Made by a program: the position numbers and the translations under genes. DNA of 64,000 bases from an uncultured Verrucomicrobiae bacterium (GTDB lineage Bacteria > Verrucomicrobiota > Verrucomicrobiia > Limisphaerales > JAFGQR01). The notes under the pieces are model-generated. The model was given only the letters and a program-made list of their open reading frames with translations, was not told the DNA's origin and did no database searches. Position 1 is the first letter of the stretch. Each line of letters begins with the position of its first letter. The stretch lies in assembly GCA_963788655.1 (NCBI GenBank), contig CAWBHS010000088.1, positions 32,001 to 96,000 of the forward strand. Reading direction: 5' to 3'. Shown in pieces: positions 29,543 through 39,281 of this stretch.

Positions 29543-30061
29543 ATGGCCCGATCCAGGAACAAACCGGTAGCAACCTCTCGATCACTCCAACAGCATCGCT
29601 TCCTCAAGACGGTGGTCTTGCTGCTGGTCGTGGGAGCCATCGCGGCGCTGGTTTACCATTTCATGGAACAACAAGCAGGTCCGGACGGGGCCGGTCCAGT
29701 TCCCTCCGGGCAAACCACCACCAATGCGGCTGCTACGTCTGCCCAGGTGAATCCCGGATTTAAGAAATTGATCGGCCGCTGGCAACGCCCCGATGGCGGC
29801 TATATTTTGGACATCAAGAGTGTCGAGCCGCAAGGAACTATGGCCGCCGCCTATTACAATCCGCAGCCCATCAACGTTGCCCGGGCCGAGGCGAAAGAAG
29901 TGGATGGGGCCACGAAAGTGTTCCTCGAACTGCGCGGACCGGGCTATCCCGGCAGCACCTACACGCTGACCTATCAGCCGGAGCGTGACGAGCTTGAAGG
30001 CGTTTATTTTCAGGCGGCCATGGGGGCGTATTATGACGTGTTTTTCGTGCGGATGAAATAA
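29543..30061 (+). CDS. Membrane-anchored hypothetical protein
   Basis: One TM, then a globular domain (GRWQRPDGGY...YPGSTYTLTY); immediately upstream of the Mla operon. Confidence 0.7.
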   Translation: MARSRNKPVATSRSLQQHRFLKTVVLLLVVGAIAALVYHFMEQQAGPDGAGPVPSGQTTTNAAATSAQVNPGFKKLIGRWQRPDGGYILDIKSVEPQGTMAAAYYNPQPINVARAEAKEVDGATKVFLELRGPGYPGSTYTLTYQPERDELEGVYFQAAMGAYYDVFFVRMK

Positions 30062-30080
30062 TCGGTTTCTGCTCAGGCCC

Positions 30081-31250
30081 ATGGATGATTCCGCCCGCAA
30101 CCATTCGCCTCCGACCGGGAGCCCGCTTCCGGCTTATCTCAAGCTTCACGAATCGGCGGGCGAATTGGAACTCGAGTTGGGCGGCGACTGGCGAAACGCA
30201 GCCCGTACGCCGGACGGTCGGGAAATTGAGCGGCGCTTCGCGGCGGATGCGAAACCACGTGTCGTCAAATTCAGCACGGCCGGCGTCACGTCCTGGGATT
30301 CCCGATTGTTGACCTTCGTGCTTCAGACCAAGGAACTCTGTGCGCAACACGGAAGCACCTTTGCGACGGAAACGCTGCCCGGTAGTTTGCGGAAGTTGAT
30401 CGCACTGGCCGAGGCCGTTCCCGAAACCAAGGATGCGCGCCGGCAAGTCCGCAAGGTTGGTTTGGTGGCGCGCTTTGGCGAAGGAGGCTTGACGTTGTGG
30501 AATGCCGGCAAAGACATTTTGACCTTTCTGGGGCAGTGCGCGCTGGCGTTTCTCCAACTCCTGCGCGGCAAAGCCCGGTTCCGGTGGTCGGATGCCTTGG
30601 TGGTCATGCAAGAAACCGGGGCCGAGGCGTTGCCCATCGTCATGCTGATCAACCTGCTCGTCGGCTTGATCCTCGGCTTCGTGGGAACCGTGCAGTTGGC
30701 GGGTTTCGGTGCGGTGATTTACGTGGCGGATCTGGTCGGCATCGCCATGGTGCGGGAAATGGGCTGCATGATGACCGGCATCATTATGTCCGGCCGCACC
30801 GGCGCCGCCTTTGCCGCGCAACTGGGCACCATGAAGGTGAATGAAGAAATCGATGCCTTCCGCGTCCTGGGCATTTCCCCAATTGAATTCCTGGTGCTGC
30901 CCCGCATGGTGGCATTGTTTCTGATGATGCCGTTGCTCTGTGGGTTCGCCGATCTCATGGGCATTCTCGGCGGCCTGCTGGTGACCGTGGCCATGCACGG
31001 CCTTTCCGTGCGCGAATACTGGCATGAAACCGTGGCCGCCATCTCCATGACCAACTTCGTTTTGGGGATCGTGAAAGGATCGTTCTTTGGGCTGTTGATC
31101 GCCGTGACCGGATGCTTGCGGGGGGTGCAATGCGGTTCGACCGCGGCCGCCGTGGGCCGGGCCGCCACGTCCGCGGTGGTCCTGGGAATCACCTCCATCA
31201 TCGTCGCCGACGCCGTGTTTGCGGTGCTGTGTAATGTCCTGGGGATTTAA
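30081..31250 (+). CDS. mlaE: MlaE-family ABC permease with STAS-like N-terminus
   Basis: REMG.MMTGIIMSGRTGAAFAAQLGTMKVNEEIDA, LVLPR and VGRAATSAVV motifs. Confidence 0.9.
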   Translation: MDDSARNHSPPTGSPLPAYLKLHESAGELELELGGDWRNAARTPDGREIERRFAADAKPRVVKFSTAGVTSWDSRLLTFVLQTKELCAQHGSTFATETLPGSLRKLIALAEAVPETKDARRQVRKVGLVARFGEGGLTLWNAGKDILTFLGQCALAFLQLLRGKARFRWSDALVVMQETGAEALPIVMLINLLVGLILGFVGTVQLAGFGAVIYVADLVGIAMVREMGCMMTGIIMSGRTGAAFAAQLGTMKVNEEIDAFRVLGISPIEFLVLPRMVALFLMMPLLCGFADLMGILGGLLVTVAMHGLSVREYWHETVAAISMTNFVLGIVKGSFFGLLIAVTGCLRGVQCGSTAAAVGRAATSAVVLGITSIIVADAVFAVLCNVLGI

Positions 31251-31252
31251 GC

Positions 31253-32032
31253 ATGACCGTTTCCCAACCCAAGATTGAGATTCGCGACCTGGAGATGGCT
31301 TATGGCTCGTTTGTGGTCATGCGCAACGTTCACGCCATCGTTCAGCCCGGCGAAATTTTTGTCATCATGGGTGGCAGCGGTTGCGGCAAAAGCACGTTGC
31401 TGCGGCACCTGATTGGGCTCCAGGAACCGGTGCGCGGCGACATTCGGTATGACGGTCACAGTTTCACCGCCGCTGATCCGGCCACACGGGAAACGCTGCT
31501 GCGCCGGTTTGGCGTGCTCTTTCAGGCCGGGGCGCTGTGGAGTTCGATGACCCTGGCGGAAAACGTCGCGTTGCCATTGAGCGAATACACCGGCTATTCG
31601 CGGGCGGAAGTGGCGGCCATCGTGCGGGTGAAGCTGGCCCTGGTGGGCTTGAAAGGTTTCGACGATTTTTACCCGGCGCAACTTTCGGGCGGCATGCGCA
31701 AACGTGCCGCCCTGGCGCGGGCCATGGCGTTGGATCCGGACATCTTGTTTTTCGATGAACCCTCGGCCGGGCTGGATCCGTTGACGTCGCGCCGGTTGGA
31801 CGAATTGATCGTCCAATTGCGTGACAGCCTCGGCGCCACGGTGGTGGTGGTGACCCACGAATTGGACAGCATCTTCGCCATCGGTGATCAGGCGATCTTT
31901 CTCGACGCGGAAACCCGGACCGTCACGGCCTGGGGCAACCCGCGCGAATTGCGCGACCACAGTCCCGACCCGCACGTCCGCGAGTTTCTCTCCCGCGGTC
32001 AGGTGACGGTCGAAACCAACAAGAGCCTATGA
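31253..32032 (+). CDS. mlaF: MlaF-family ABC ATPase
   Basis: GGSGCGKS, LSGGMRKRAALARA, FDEPSAGLDP and VTHEL motifs. Confidence 0.92.
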   Translation: MTVSQPKIEIRDLEMAYGSFVVMRNVHAIVQPGEIFVIMGGSGCGKSTLLRHLIGLQEPVRGDIRYDGHSFTAADPATRETLLRRFGVLFQAGALWSSMTLAENVALPLSEYTGYSRAEVAAIVRVKLALVGLKGFDDFYPAQLSGGMRKRAALARAMALDPDILFFDEPSAGLDPLTSRRLDELIVQLRDSLGATVVVVTHELDSIFAIGDQAIFLDAETRTVTAWGNPRELRDHSPDPHVREFLSRGQVTVETNKSL

Positions 32033-32081
32033 CATATAAAACCTGTTTGAACGATGGCCCGAAAGGGGAGGCGTTAGGCGC

Positions 32082-32134
32082 GGAGTCCCGCCTTCAGACG
32101 GTTTGGGCACCGTGCCGCCTAAAGGCGGGACTCC
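32082..32134. repeat. REP inverted pair, family E
   Basis: GGAGTCCCGCCTTCAGACGG ... CCGCCTAAAGGCGGGACTCC. Confidence 0.75.
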
Positions 32135-32186
32135 AAACGGGACTTGTCAAACCGACGCTCGGCGGCCAACAACAATCAAGACAGTT

Positions 32187-33173
32187 ATGAGCAAACGCGC
32201 GAATCCGACCATGGTGGGCCTGTTCGTTCTGGCGGGACTGGTGTTGGCCATCGCCGGGGTCATCATCTTCGGCTCCCTGCAATGGTTTTCCCCGGTGTCC
32301 ACGTTCATCATCTATTTTGAAGAGTCGGCCGAGGGGCTGGACGAAGGGTCGGTCGTCAAACTGCGCGGCGTGGCGATAGGCCGGGTGAAGGAAGTGCTCA
32401 TTCACTTCAACCAGCGGGAAGATGACTATTACCTGCCGGTCCTGGTCGAAATCAACAACGACAAACTGGCGGCCAAAACCGACCGCGAATTTGAGTTGCG
32501 CACGCCGGCCGAACTGAAGAAGGCCATTCAGCGCGGCTTGCGGGCGCGCTTGGAAATCGAGAGCTTTTTTACCGGCCGCCTGTACGTGAGCCTGTCGATG
32601 GCGACCAATGCCGCCCCGGTATTTCTTCACCAGGTCAAGCCGATTTACGAGGAGATCCCGAGTGAGTTGACGGAACTTGCTCAGCTCAAGCGGCACCTGA
32701 CCCAAGTCGATATCGTGGGCGTCACGGAAAAACTCAACCGCCTGCTCGAACAGGCCAACCACATCTTTTCCAACCTCCAAACCAATCGTTTCACCCAAAC
32801 CGTGGTGGATACGCTTCATCGGGTGAACCGAGTGGTGGGATCACCGGAAATCACCAACGCTTTGGTGTCGGTGCGCCGGACGGCGGACGATGTTCGCCGG
32901 TTGGTAAACCGATTGGAACAACAGGTGGACCCTGTGGCCGCCGACGCCCGGAAAACCCTGGCCGAAGCGTCGCAGACCCTGGCCGAAACGCGGCAGGCGG
33001 TGAGCGAGTTGCGCAACCTGCTCAACAGCCGCTCCCCGTTTCGCACCGAACTGGACGCGGCCCTATCGAGCTTGAGCGACGCGGCGGCCTCGATGGCGGC
33101 CCTGGCCGACCTGCTGCGACGCAATCCCCAGGAACTGATCTTTGGCCCCCAACCTTCCTCCCATCCAAAATGA
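32187..33173 (+). CDS. mlaD: MCE/MlaD protein with long helical C-terminus
   Basis: VGLFVL TM, GLDEGSVVKLRGVAIGRV MCE motif, ends LRRNPQELIFG. Confidence 0.88.
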   Translation: MSKRANPTMVGLFVLAGLVLAIAGVIIFGSLQWFSPVSTFIIYFEESAEGLDEGSVVKLRGVAIGRVKEVLIHFNQREDDYYLPVLVEINNDKLAAKTDREFELRTPAELKKAIQRGLRARLEIESFFTGRLYVSLSMATNAAPVFLHQVKPIYEEIPSELTELAQLKRHLTQVDIVGVTEKLNRLLEQANHIFSNLQTNRFTQTVVDTLHRVNRVVGSPEITNALVSVRRTADDVRRLVNRLEQQVDPVAADARKTLAEASQTLAETRQAVSELRNLLNSRSPFRTELDAALSSLSDAAASMAALADLLRRNPQELIFGPQPSSHPK

Positions 33174-33766
33174 AAACGCCTGTCCACTTGTTGTTCGCCC
33201 TTGGCAGCGTTGTCCTCCTGGGCACCGCCTGCGTGAACCTGAAGCCGGCGCCGAATGTCACCCGGTTTTTTGTCCTCGGCCCCTTGCCGGGCGCCACCAA
33301 TCAAACCCCCGCGAAAGTCAGCCTGGGCCTTCGGCGTGTCCAGTTACCTGCCTACTTGAACAAGCCCTGGCTGGCACTGCGGCAGGGCGATCAAATCCAC
33401 TACTCCCGAACCAACGAGTGGGCCGAACCGCTGGGCCAGGGCGTGCAGCGCGTGCTGGCCGCCGACCTCTCCCTTTTGCTGGGGACCGATACGGTGAAAC
33501 TGAACCAATGGGATTTGGGAACGGTGCAGTTTGAATTGTCGTTGCGCCTCATCCAATTCGAGGTCAACGGCAATGGCGATGGCTCGCTCGTGGTTCAGTG
33601 GGAAATCCTGGGCCCAAAAAACTTGACCCCGCTTCAATCGGGGCAATCGAGTTTGAGCCGCCAGGACACTGAAGCCGCCAGCAATCCGGATCGTCAGGTG
33701 CAATTGCTGAGCGAACTGCTGGCCGAGTTCAGCCGGGAGTTGGCGCAGGTCATCCGGAAATTGTGA
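33170..33766 (+). CDS. PqiC-like ABC auxiliary lipoprotein
   Basis: Lipobox GTAC, LPAYL and WAEPL motifs; last gene of the MCE operon. Confidence 0.85.
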   Translation: MKTPVHLLFALGSVVLLGTACVNLKPAPNVTRFFVLGPLPGATNQTPAKVSLGLRRVQLPAYLNKPWLALRQGDQIHYSRTNEWAEPLGQGVQRVLAADLSLLLGTDTVKLNQWDLGTVQFELSLRLIQFEVNGNGDGSLVVQWEILGPKNLTPLQSGQSSLSRQDTEAASNPDRQVQLLSELLAEFSRELAQVIRKL

Positions 33767-33770
33767 ATAT

Positions 33771-34286
33771 TCACGTCCAAGGAGCCGGCCAGGCTCCAAG
33801 TTGGCGAGCATATTTGCGGCACCACCACAGCGGGATGGCGCCCATGACGCCGAAGGAGCAATCGACCAACCGCCACCACCAGGGAATGCCGCGCACCGCT
33901 CCGAAGATCATCGCGTAAGGCACCACCAGCGCGCAGGCGATCAGGCCAAAGTCGAACAGCCAGATATTCCGCACCGGGTCGCGCCAGGCGCCGATGAACG
34001 CAATGGCGATCACAAAATGTCCGAACGCCAGCCAGTCCGTGCCGTAAGCGAGAAAGGGATACTGCGCGTTGACTTCCTTTAAGTCGGACCAGATTTGCCA
34101 GATCCATCCGCGCACACCCTGGTCTCCCGAGGCCAAATGCTCCGTGTCCACATCGAACGCCCGCGCCAGCCAGCCAAGCTCGGCCGGCAACGGAATAGCC
34201 GTGGCCCCGCTCACCACCAAGCCCGCCATAAGCAGGGCGGTCAGCCAGCGGATGCGCGTGCGGAGGGCCTCATTTGAAACATTCAT
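33771..34286 (-). CDS. Hypothetical integral membrane protein
   Basis: YPFLAYGTDWLAFGHFVIA and DPVRNIW motifs; coupled to the upstream gene by a TGATG overlap. Confidence 0.75.
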   Translation of the reverse strand: MNVSNEALRTRIRWLTALLMAGLVVSGATAIPLPAELGWLARAFDVDTEHLASGDQGVRGWIWQIWSDLKEVNAQYPFLAYGTDWLAFGHFVIAIAFIGAWRDPVRNIWLFDFGLIACALVVPYAMIFGAVRGIPWWWRLVDCSFGVMGAIPLWWCRKYARQLGAWPAPWT

Positions 34287-34633
34287 CACTGGCACGGTGT
34301 TCCATCTTCATTCGTACGAACCTCCCGCCGTCGAAGCCACTTCAGCGCGCCGGCCAGCAACAGGGCACCCAGGAGCAAAATGGGAACCAGCAGCACGAAG
34401 CTCAAATAGAAGATGATGTAAAGCATGCCCAAGACTGCTGAGCCACTCAATCCGAGGCTGGTGGAAACGGGCGTTCCGGAGAGAAACGTCGTGAATTGCC
34501 GCAAGCCTGCGAGTTCACAGATCACGAACAGCAACGCAATTCCCCCAGCGCGCAGCACCAGTCCTTTGGGTGAAAACAAATCCGCATTCAACCACTTCAA
34601 CACCCCAGTCTTTTCAGTTTTTCCGTTCATCAT
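34286..34633 (-). CDS. Small membrane protein
   Basis: Two to three TM helices; operon position. Confidence 0.65.
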   Translation of the reverse strand: MMNGKTEKTGVLKWLNADLFSPKGLVLRAGGIALLFVICELAGLRQFTTFLSGTPVSTSLGLSGSAVLGMLYIIFYLSFVLLVPILLLGALLLAGALKWLRRREVRTNEDGTPCQ

Positions 34634-34704
34634 ACTGTCCGCCAATTCAATTCTCTCAAGCCCCTCAGACATTCCGCCGCTTCACCCTTCAACTATTCAA
34701 CGCT

Positions 34705-35943
34705 TCAACCACTTCTCCCTTGCCGCAGTCCTGTCACACTGCGCCCAATCACCCTTTCCCACAGTGGCCCCAACACACAGGCATACAACAACACTGCGTC
34801 GCCGACCTGATTGCTGGCGCAATATTGCAGACCGCCGTTCTTGCGCAGCGGAAAGCCGGCGAAATCGAGCGTGGTGTGCAACTGCGTCAGGAAATCCAGA
34901 TCGCCAAACGAACTGGCACCCACGAACGCCAACCCGCTCCCGCCGGCGCTGATGTCGAGCACCGGAATGACGGCACCCGAATCAATGTCCTGCGGTCCTT
35001 GCCAACTCACGGGCCATTCGCGGGACCACGCGAAGCCGCACAGTTCTCGACCCAGTTCGCGCCGTGCCCGCTGGTATTGATCCTGCGCAAACTCCTCGTC
35101 AAGCAACCGCAGGCAATGCGCGACCATCCAGATTGATGATCCTTCCGGCCCGTCCAGATGCTGCCCCGCGAGCGTGAAGCTGGACACCAACAATCCGGTG
35201 TGCGGATCGATCAATTTCCGGCGCGCCGTGGCCAGCCAGTCACGAAGCAATCGCGAATGATCGCTGCCATCCAGCACGTCCGCCATGCGAATGGCCGCCA
35301 GCGCAATCACATTGCAGAACGTCCAGCACTCGTCCGGATAGCTCTCGGCCGAGCGCGTCGGACTGCGCCCCATCCGGTCGGCGATCAGCTTGACGCGCGC
35401 CTGCAACAACGGCCCGTAATCAGCCTTCTCCTCGACCATCCGCCGCGCCGCCAGCATCAACGCAATCTCGCCATCGACAAACTGGCTGTGCGGCGGCTGC
35501 ACCACGTAGGGGCGGGACTGCGCATAGTCCATCAGGAAAAATTGCATACCTTTCGTCCGCTCGAGCGCAAGCGTTTCATCAATGATCCGGTCCATGACGT
35601 TCAGGCATTCCGGCTTCGTCTGGGCATCGCGGAGGGCCATGTCCGCCAGCGCCCACACCAGGAAGCTTCGTCCCATGAAATCCCATTCAGCATTGCTGCG
35701 GCGCATGCGGCTGAGTTCCCGTTCGCGTTGCGCCGGCGAGGTCCACAGGGCCAGATGCCGGGCCGCTAATTCCCTGGCCTTCGGTGGAATTCCTGTGGTC
35801 GCTTGAAACGAGTGCGGGTGGTGCCGGTAAAACCAGTGCAAACACGGCAGCCAAATCACTGCCGCCGCGAGCAGGGAAAGCGTCGTCAGTCCGATGCGTT
35901 GCCAGCGTCCGATCACGGGCACTTGGTGGTCTGGTTGTCGCAT
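34705..35943 (-). CDS. Membrane-anchored linalool dehydratase/isomerase-like (alpha/alpha barrel) protein
   Basis: N-terminal TM; AESYPDECWTFCNVIALAA resembles the LDI active-site segment (E-x-P...CN). Family call from recall. Confidence 0.6.
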   Translation of the reverse strand: MRQPDHQVPVIGRWQRIGLTTLSLLAAAVIWLPCLHWFYRHHPHSFQATTGIPPKARELAARHLALWTSPAQRERELSRMRRSNAEWDFMGRSFLVWALADMALRDAQTKPECLNVMDRIIDETLALERTKGMQFFLMDYAQSRPYVVQPPHSQFVDGEIALMLAARRMVEEKADYGPLLQARVKLIADRMGRSPTRSAESYPDECWTFCNVIALAAIRMADVLDGSDHSRLLRDWLATARRKLIDPHTGLLVSSFTLAGQHLDGPEGSSIWMVAHCLRLLDEEFAQDQYQRARRELGRELCGFAWSREWPVSWQGPQDIDSGAVIPVLDISAGGSGLAFVGASSFGDLDFLTQLHTTLDFAGFPLRKNGGLQYCASNQVGDAVLLYACVLGPLWERVIGRSVTGLRQGRSG

Positions 35944-36629
35944 AACGAAGTCGGTGAAAGGTTCAATCGCATTAGCGCATACACCATCAAATACGTGATA
36001 AAAATGAACATGGCGAACAGCATGGGAAACGTCGCCGACGTTGGCTGGAATGGCACGTGGCTGAGCCAGCGGGCCAGATCAGTGAACAAATCAATCGGAT
36101 TCAACACCACGTCCCAACTGTTCCAGCGCATCACCCGTCCGATAAACACGCCCCAACCGCTCACCGCCGCCACCGCCGCCACAAACAGCCATCCCGCAAT
36201 CCGGCCCAACCGGCGGACAACCAGTGATTGCATCAGGTACAGCGAGGCAAATCCCACCAGCAATCCAATCAGTGCGAACAGCAGGAGCAAAATCAGATCG
36301 ACCCAGAAGTGGCTGTGATACCGCGAGCTCAGATGGACCAAGTCCGTGCAGATATACGGCGCGTTGGGAAAGAACAGCAGCCAGGCCGCGCTCGCTGAGA
36401 GGAATCTCCAGTCCCGCCACCAATCCTGTTCACTGAACCAATACGCCACCAAGGCAAATCCCAAGGGTATCCATGCCAGAAACAAGTTCCACACCAGGTA
36501 GCCGTGATTCCAATGGCCCGTCCACAAAATGCGCAACAGGATCAATCCCACGCCCACCGCCGAAGCGGCCATCAGGGCCAGCAGGAGGAGGATGGGGCCA
36601 GGCTTTAAAACGTTCGTTAATCGGTTCAT
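35913..36629 (-). CDS. DUF1361-family membrane protein
   Basis: LVWNLFLAWIP, WLLFFPNAPYICTDLVHL and GRVMRWNSWD motifs. Confidence 0.85.
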   Translation of the reverse strand: MNRLTNVLKPGPILLLLALMAASAVGVGLILLRILWTGHWNHGYLVWNLFLAWIPLGFALVAYWFSEQDWWRDWRFLSASAAWLLFFPNAPYICTDLVHLSSRYHSHFWVDLILLLLFALIGLLVGFASLYLMQSLVVRRLGRIAGWLFVAAVAAVSGWGVFIGRVMRWNSWDVVLNPIDLFTDLARWLSHVPFQPTSATFPMLFAMFIFITYLMVYALMRLNLSPTSLCDNQTTKCP

Positions 36630-36633
36630 TGTC

Positions 36634-37377
36634 TCATTTCAAACACTCAATCCAGTGGGAGATAAAAAACTGTTTTTGCTCCGGCAGTAACGTGTTCGAC
36701 GTGCCGATGATTGGCCGCAAGGTCGTGGTCATTTGCAGCAGGACCAGGAGGAAGATGATCGTCCAGGCGCGGAGGCCGCCGTTCGCCCGGGCGTTGAGAT
36801 GGAGAAACGCCACGTCCAAGAAGCGCAGTCCGAAATACGCGGCGACCAATCCAAACGCCAGATGCAAGGCGCCCATGGCGGCGACCGACTCGGTGGATTG
36901 CGAGAACACCCAGGCGACCGGCGCGAAGCCAATCAGCAGAATGGTCGTAAGCGTGAGCTGTCCCGCCACCAGTCCGGCCACTTCCACCAACCGCACTTGC
37001 GCGCCGCTCAGGCAGGCAAAGATGTAAAGGCTCGGCAGGCAGATGAGCGCCGACAGGAGCAGCCCCAAAGCAATCTTGGCCGGGGCGGCCCAGAGTTGAG
37101 TGCCGCCGGAGAACGTGCCGGCTACCACGCCATAAATCACACTGCACACCACCGAAATCAGCAACAGCGCCAGAGTAAGCCGGCCGGCACCGGTTTGGCG
37201 GAGTTGAAACATGACCCGCCGCGGTTGACGCAGGATCGCCTCGACCGCCGCCATTGGTCCCGTGATCGGTGCTTGCTCCGCGGGATCGGTGCCCAATGGC
37301 GGTTCGGATGACGGCGCGCGTGATGGAGTGGACGGCAGGGATGGAATGCGCGGCGGGGTGATCGATTGGTCGTTCAT
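36634..37377 (-). CDS. Hypothetical five-TM (Yip1-like) protein
   Basis: AK...LICLPSLYIF and QMTTTLRP motifs; paralog of the adjacent gene. Confidence 0.7.
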   Translation of the reverse strand: MNDQSITPPRIPSLPSTPSRAPSSEPPLGTDPAEQAPITGPMAAVEAILRQPRRVMFQLRQTGAGRLTLALLLISVVCSVIYGVVAGTFSGGTQLWAAPAKIALGLLLSALICLPSLYIFACLSGAQVRLVEVAGLVAGQLTLTTILLIGFAPVAWVFSQSTESVAAMGALHLAFGLVAAYFGLRFLDVAFLHLNARANGGLRAWTIIFLLVLLQMTTTLRPIIGTSNTLLPEQKQFFISHWIECLK

Positions 37378-37408
37378 AGTCGGGGTGTTCCAGTTGATGG
37401 TGGACGTT

Positions 37409-38128
37409 TCAGCCAAAGAAAAGATGCCGCAAGGCGTGCAGCATCGATTCGTAAAAGTTCCCATGGAAGGCGTCGGGCCGCAGAAATTGCACTGGCAGAA
37501 ACGGCGTGCCGAAGAACGGCCGGAGGATCCACCCAAGCTGGCTGCCCAACAACAGATTGCCCGCCAGCCACGCGAAGAGCACTTTGTGCGCGGCGGCCGC
37601 GCTGCCGCCCATTTGCCGGAGCAGTTGCACGAGGCGGAGGTTGGCTGCCACTCCCGCGAACGCGATGGCGGACACTTGCACGACTTGAAGCAAGCTGAAC
37701 GCGGTGCCCACGCTGCGGGTGTGTGCCGTGGCCGGCGGCAGGTTCCAAATCAAAAACAGCGTCAACGGACTGAACGCGCCAAGAATTGCCGCCGCAATGG
37801 TGAAGCTCATCAGAATGGCCAGCAGGCTTTGACGCCAGCGCAGTTCGAGTCCCAACAGCGGCGCCAGCATGGCGTTGAGCAAGGCGTTGCCGAAGGTGGT
37901 CAGCAGGATGATGATCGGGAACTTGATGGCCGTGTAAAGGGCCTGCGCGGGGGACCGCCACCATCCCGTGGCCGCGCCAAACAAACCGGTCCCGACCACG
38001 ATAATCCCGACGTAAACAACCACGCGCCGGGTGCTCCATTGCTCGGTCCAGAGGCGGATGGGTTCCGCTTCGCCACGCAGCAGCACGGGCAGTTCAGCCG
38101 CGGTACCAGATGTCAGTGCGCCTTGCAC
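37409..38128 (-). CDS. Hypothetical five-TM (Yip1-like) protein
   Basis: AIKFP, GSQLGWILRPFFG and GNFYE motifs. Confidence 0.7.
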   Translation of the reverse strand: MQGALTSGTAAELPVLLRGEAEPIRLWTEQWSTRRVVVYVGIIVVGTGLFGAATGWWRSPAQALYTAIKFPIIILLTTFGNALLNAMLAPLLGLELRWRQSLLAILMSFTIAAAILGAFSPLTLFLIWNLPPATAHTRSVGTAFSLLQVVQVSAIAFAGVAANLRLVQLLRQMGGSAAAAHKVLFAWLAGNLLLGSQLGWILRPFFGTPFLPVQFLRPDAFHGNFYESMLHALRHLFFG

Positions 38129-38134
38129 GGGGAC

Positions 38135-38854
38135 TCAGGTTGTTTCGAGATTGTTGACTGCCAGTTGCCGTTGCCGGAAAAGCTGCCGCAGCATGACCAA
38201 TACGGGGCACGCCATCAGCAGCAGCGCCACCAGGAACAACGGCCAATTGAAAGTCGCTGGGAGGAGGTTGCGCAGTTCGTCCACTCCGTGGCCGTCTCGC
38301 ACCAGGCGCACCGCATCCATCATGAAGACATAGAGCGCCAGGGCGGTTCCAATTCCACCCAAGCCCCAAGCCTTCCAACCAGATTCCAAGGGACATTCGG
38401 GCGTCTCCACCTGAGTAACCATCGTGCCCCACAGAATCATCAACAGGGCAATGGCCACCGGCGCAATCACCGGCCCCCACCAGGGCAAAGGAATCAAAAA
38501 CAGGATGTCCCAATCGAACAATGAATTCGGCCAACCGGTGATGACTTTCAGGAAGACATAATAGAAAATGTCCCAAATCCCGAACGCGATCAGGGTATAG
38601 GCCAGCCGAGAGCGCCAGGTTCGTCCCGCCAAGCCGCCGACCATCAACAGCATGACCAGCGTGGCCGCTTCGCGGAGGACTTCCGCCGGCCCGATGCCGG
38701 CGTGCGCGGGAAACGGATTCGGCTGATACGGATTCATGTTGCCGCCCGTCAGCAAGCGCAAATAAAAAACCACCGCCGCTTCGAGCCAGGCCATGGCGAT
38801 GGCGAACACAACCACCAACCACCACTGAGTGCGCTCCGAGAATGTGCTGTTCAT
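38135..38854 (-). CDS. Hypothetical integral membrane protein
   Basis: AMAWLEAAVVFYLR, EVLREAATLVML, WDIFYYVFL and WDILFLIPLPWWGPVIAP motifs. Confidence 0.75.
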   Translation of the reverse strand: MNSTFSERTQWWLVVVFAIAMAWLEAAVVFYLRLLTGGNMNPYQPNPFPAHAGIGPAEVLREAATLVMLLMVGGLAGRTWRSRLAYTLIAFGIWDIFYYVFLKVITGWPNSLFDWDILFLIPLPWWGPVIAPVAIALLMILWGTMVTQVETPECPLESGWKAWGLGGIGTALALYVFMMDAVRLVRDGHGVDELRNLLPATFNWPLFLVALLLMACPVLVMLRQLFRQRQLAVNNLETT

Positions 38855-39047
38855 GAGTTGTGATGACTTTTGTCAACCGTCAACAATTCGATCTGCGGCG
38901 AGGCATTCACCTCGCGGGTCGGCCAACGGAGCGGCCTCATGCTGCCAGGTCGTGGAGTGCATGCACTCCACCGCCGCTGTCGAATGACGGTTGTGCTCGG
39001 AGTCCACGAGCTGCGGTGAGTCAGCTTTGCCACGCTACTTTCCATGC

Positions 39048-39153
39048 GATAGCGCCGGCAAGCCGGACGCACTCCAAACGCTGCGCGAGGTCTGAAGGGC
39101 CCACAGAATCGTCGCGCCAGCGTTTGGAGTGCGTGGAGCTTGCTCCCGCTTTC
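39048..39153. repeat. REP doublet, family A (degenerate unit at ~38951-38981)
   Basis: Same two units as 10501-10634, in the opposite relative arrangement. Confidence 0.8.
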
Positions 39154-39281
39154 GTTGGAGACGGGGCGTCCGAAATTCCGGCAATGTCGGGAGGTGCCAA
39201 CGCCCTGCGAACTACTGGTCCGCGATTCAACAGATTCAAAATCCGCGCTACCCGGGGCGGCCAATTTGGAGTACCCGGCTT

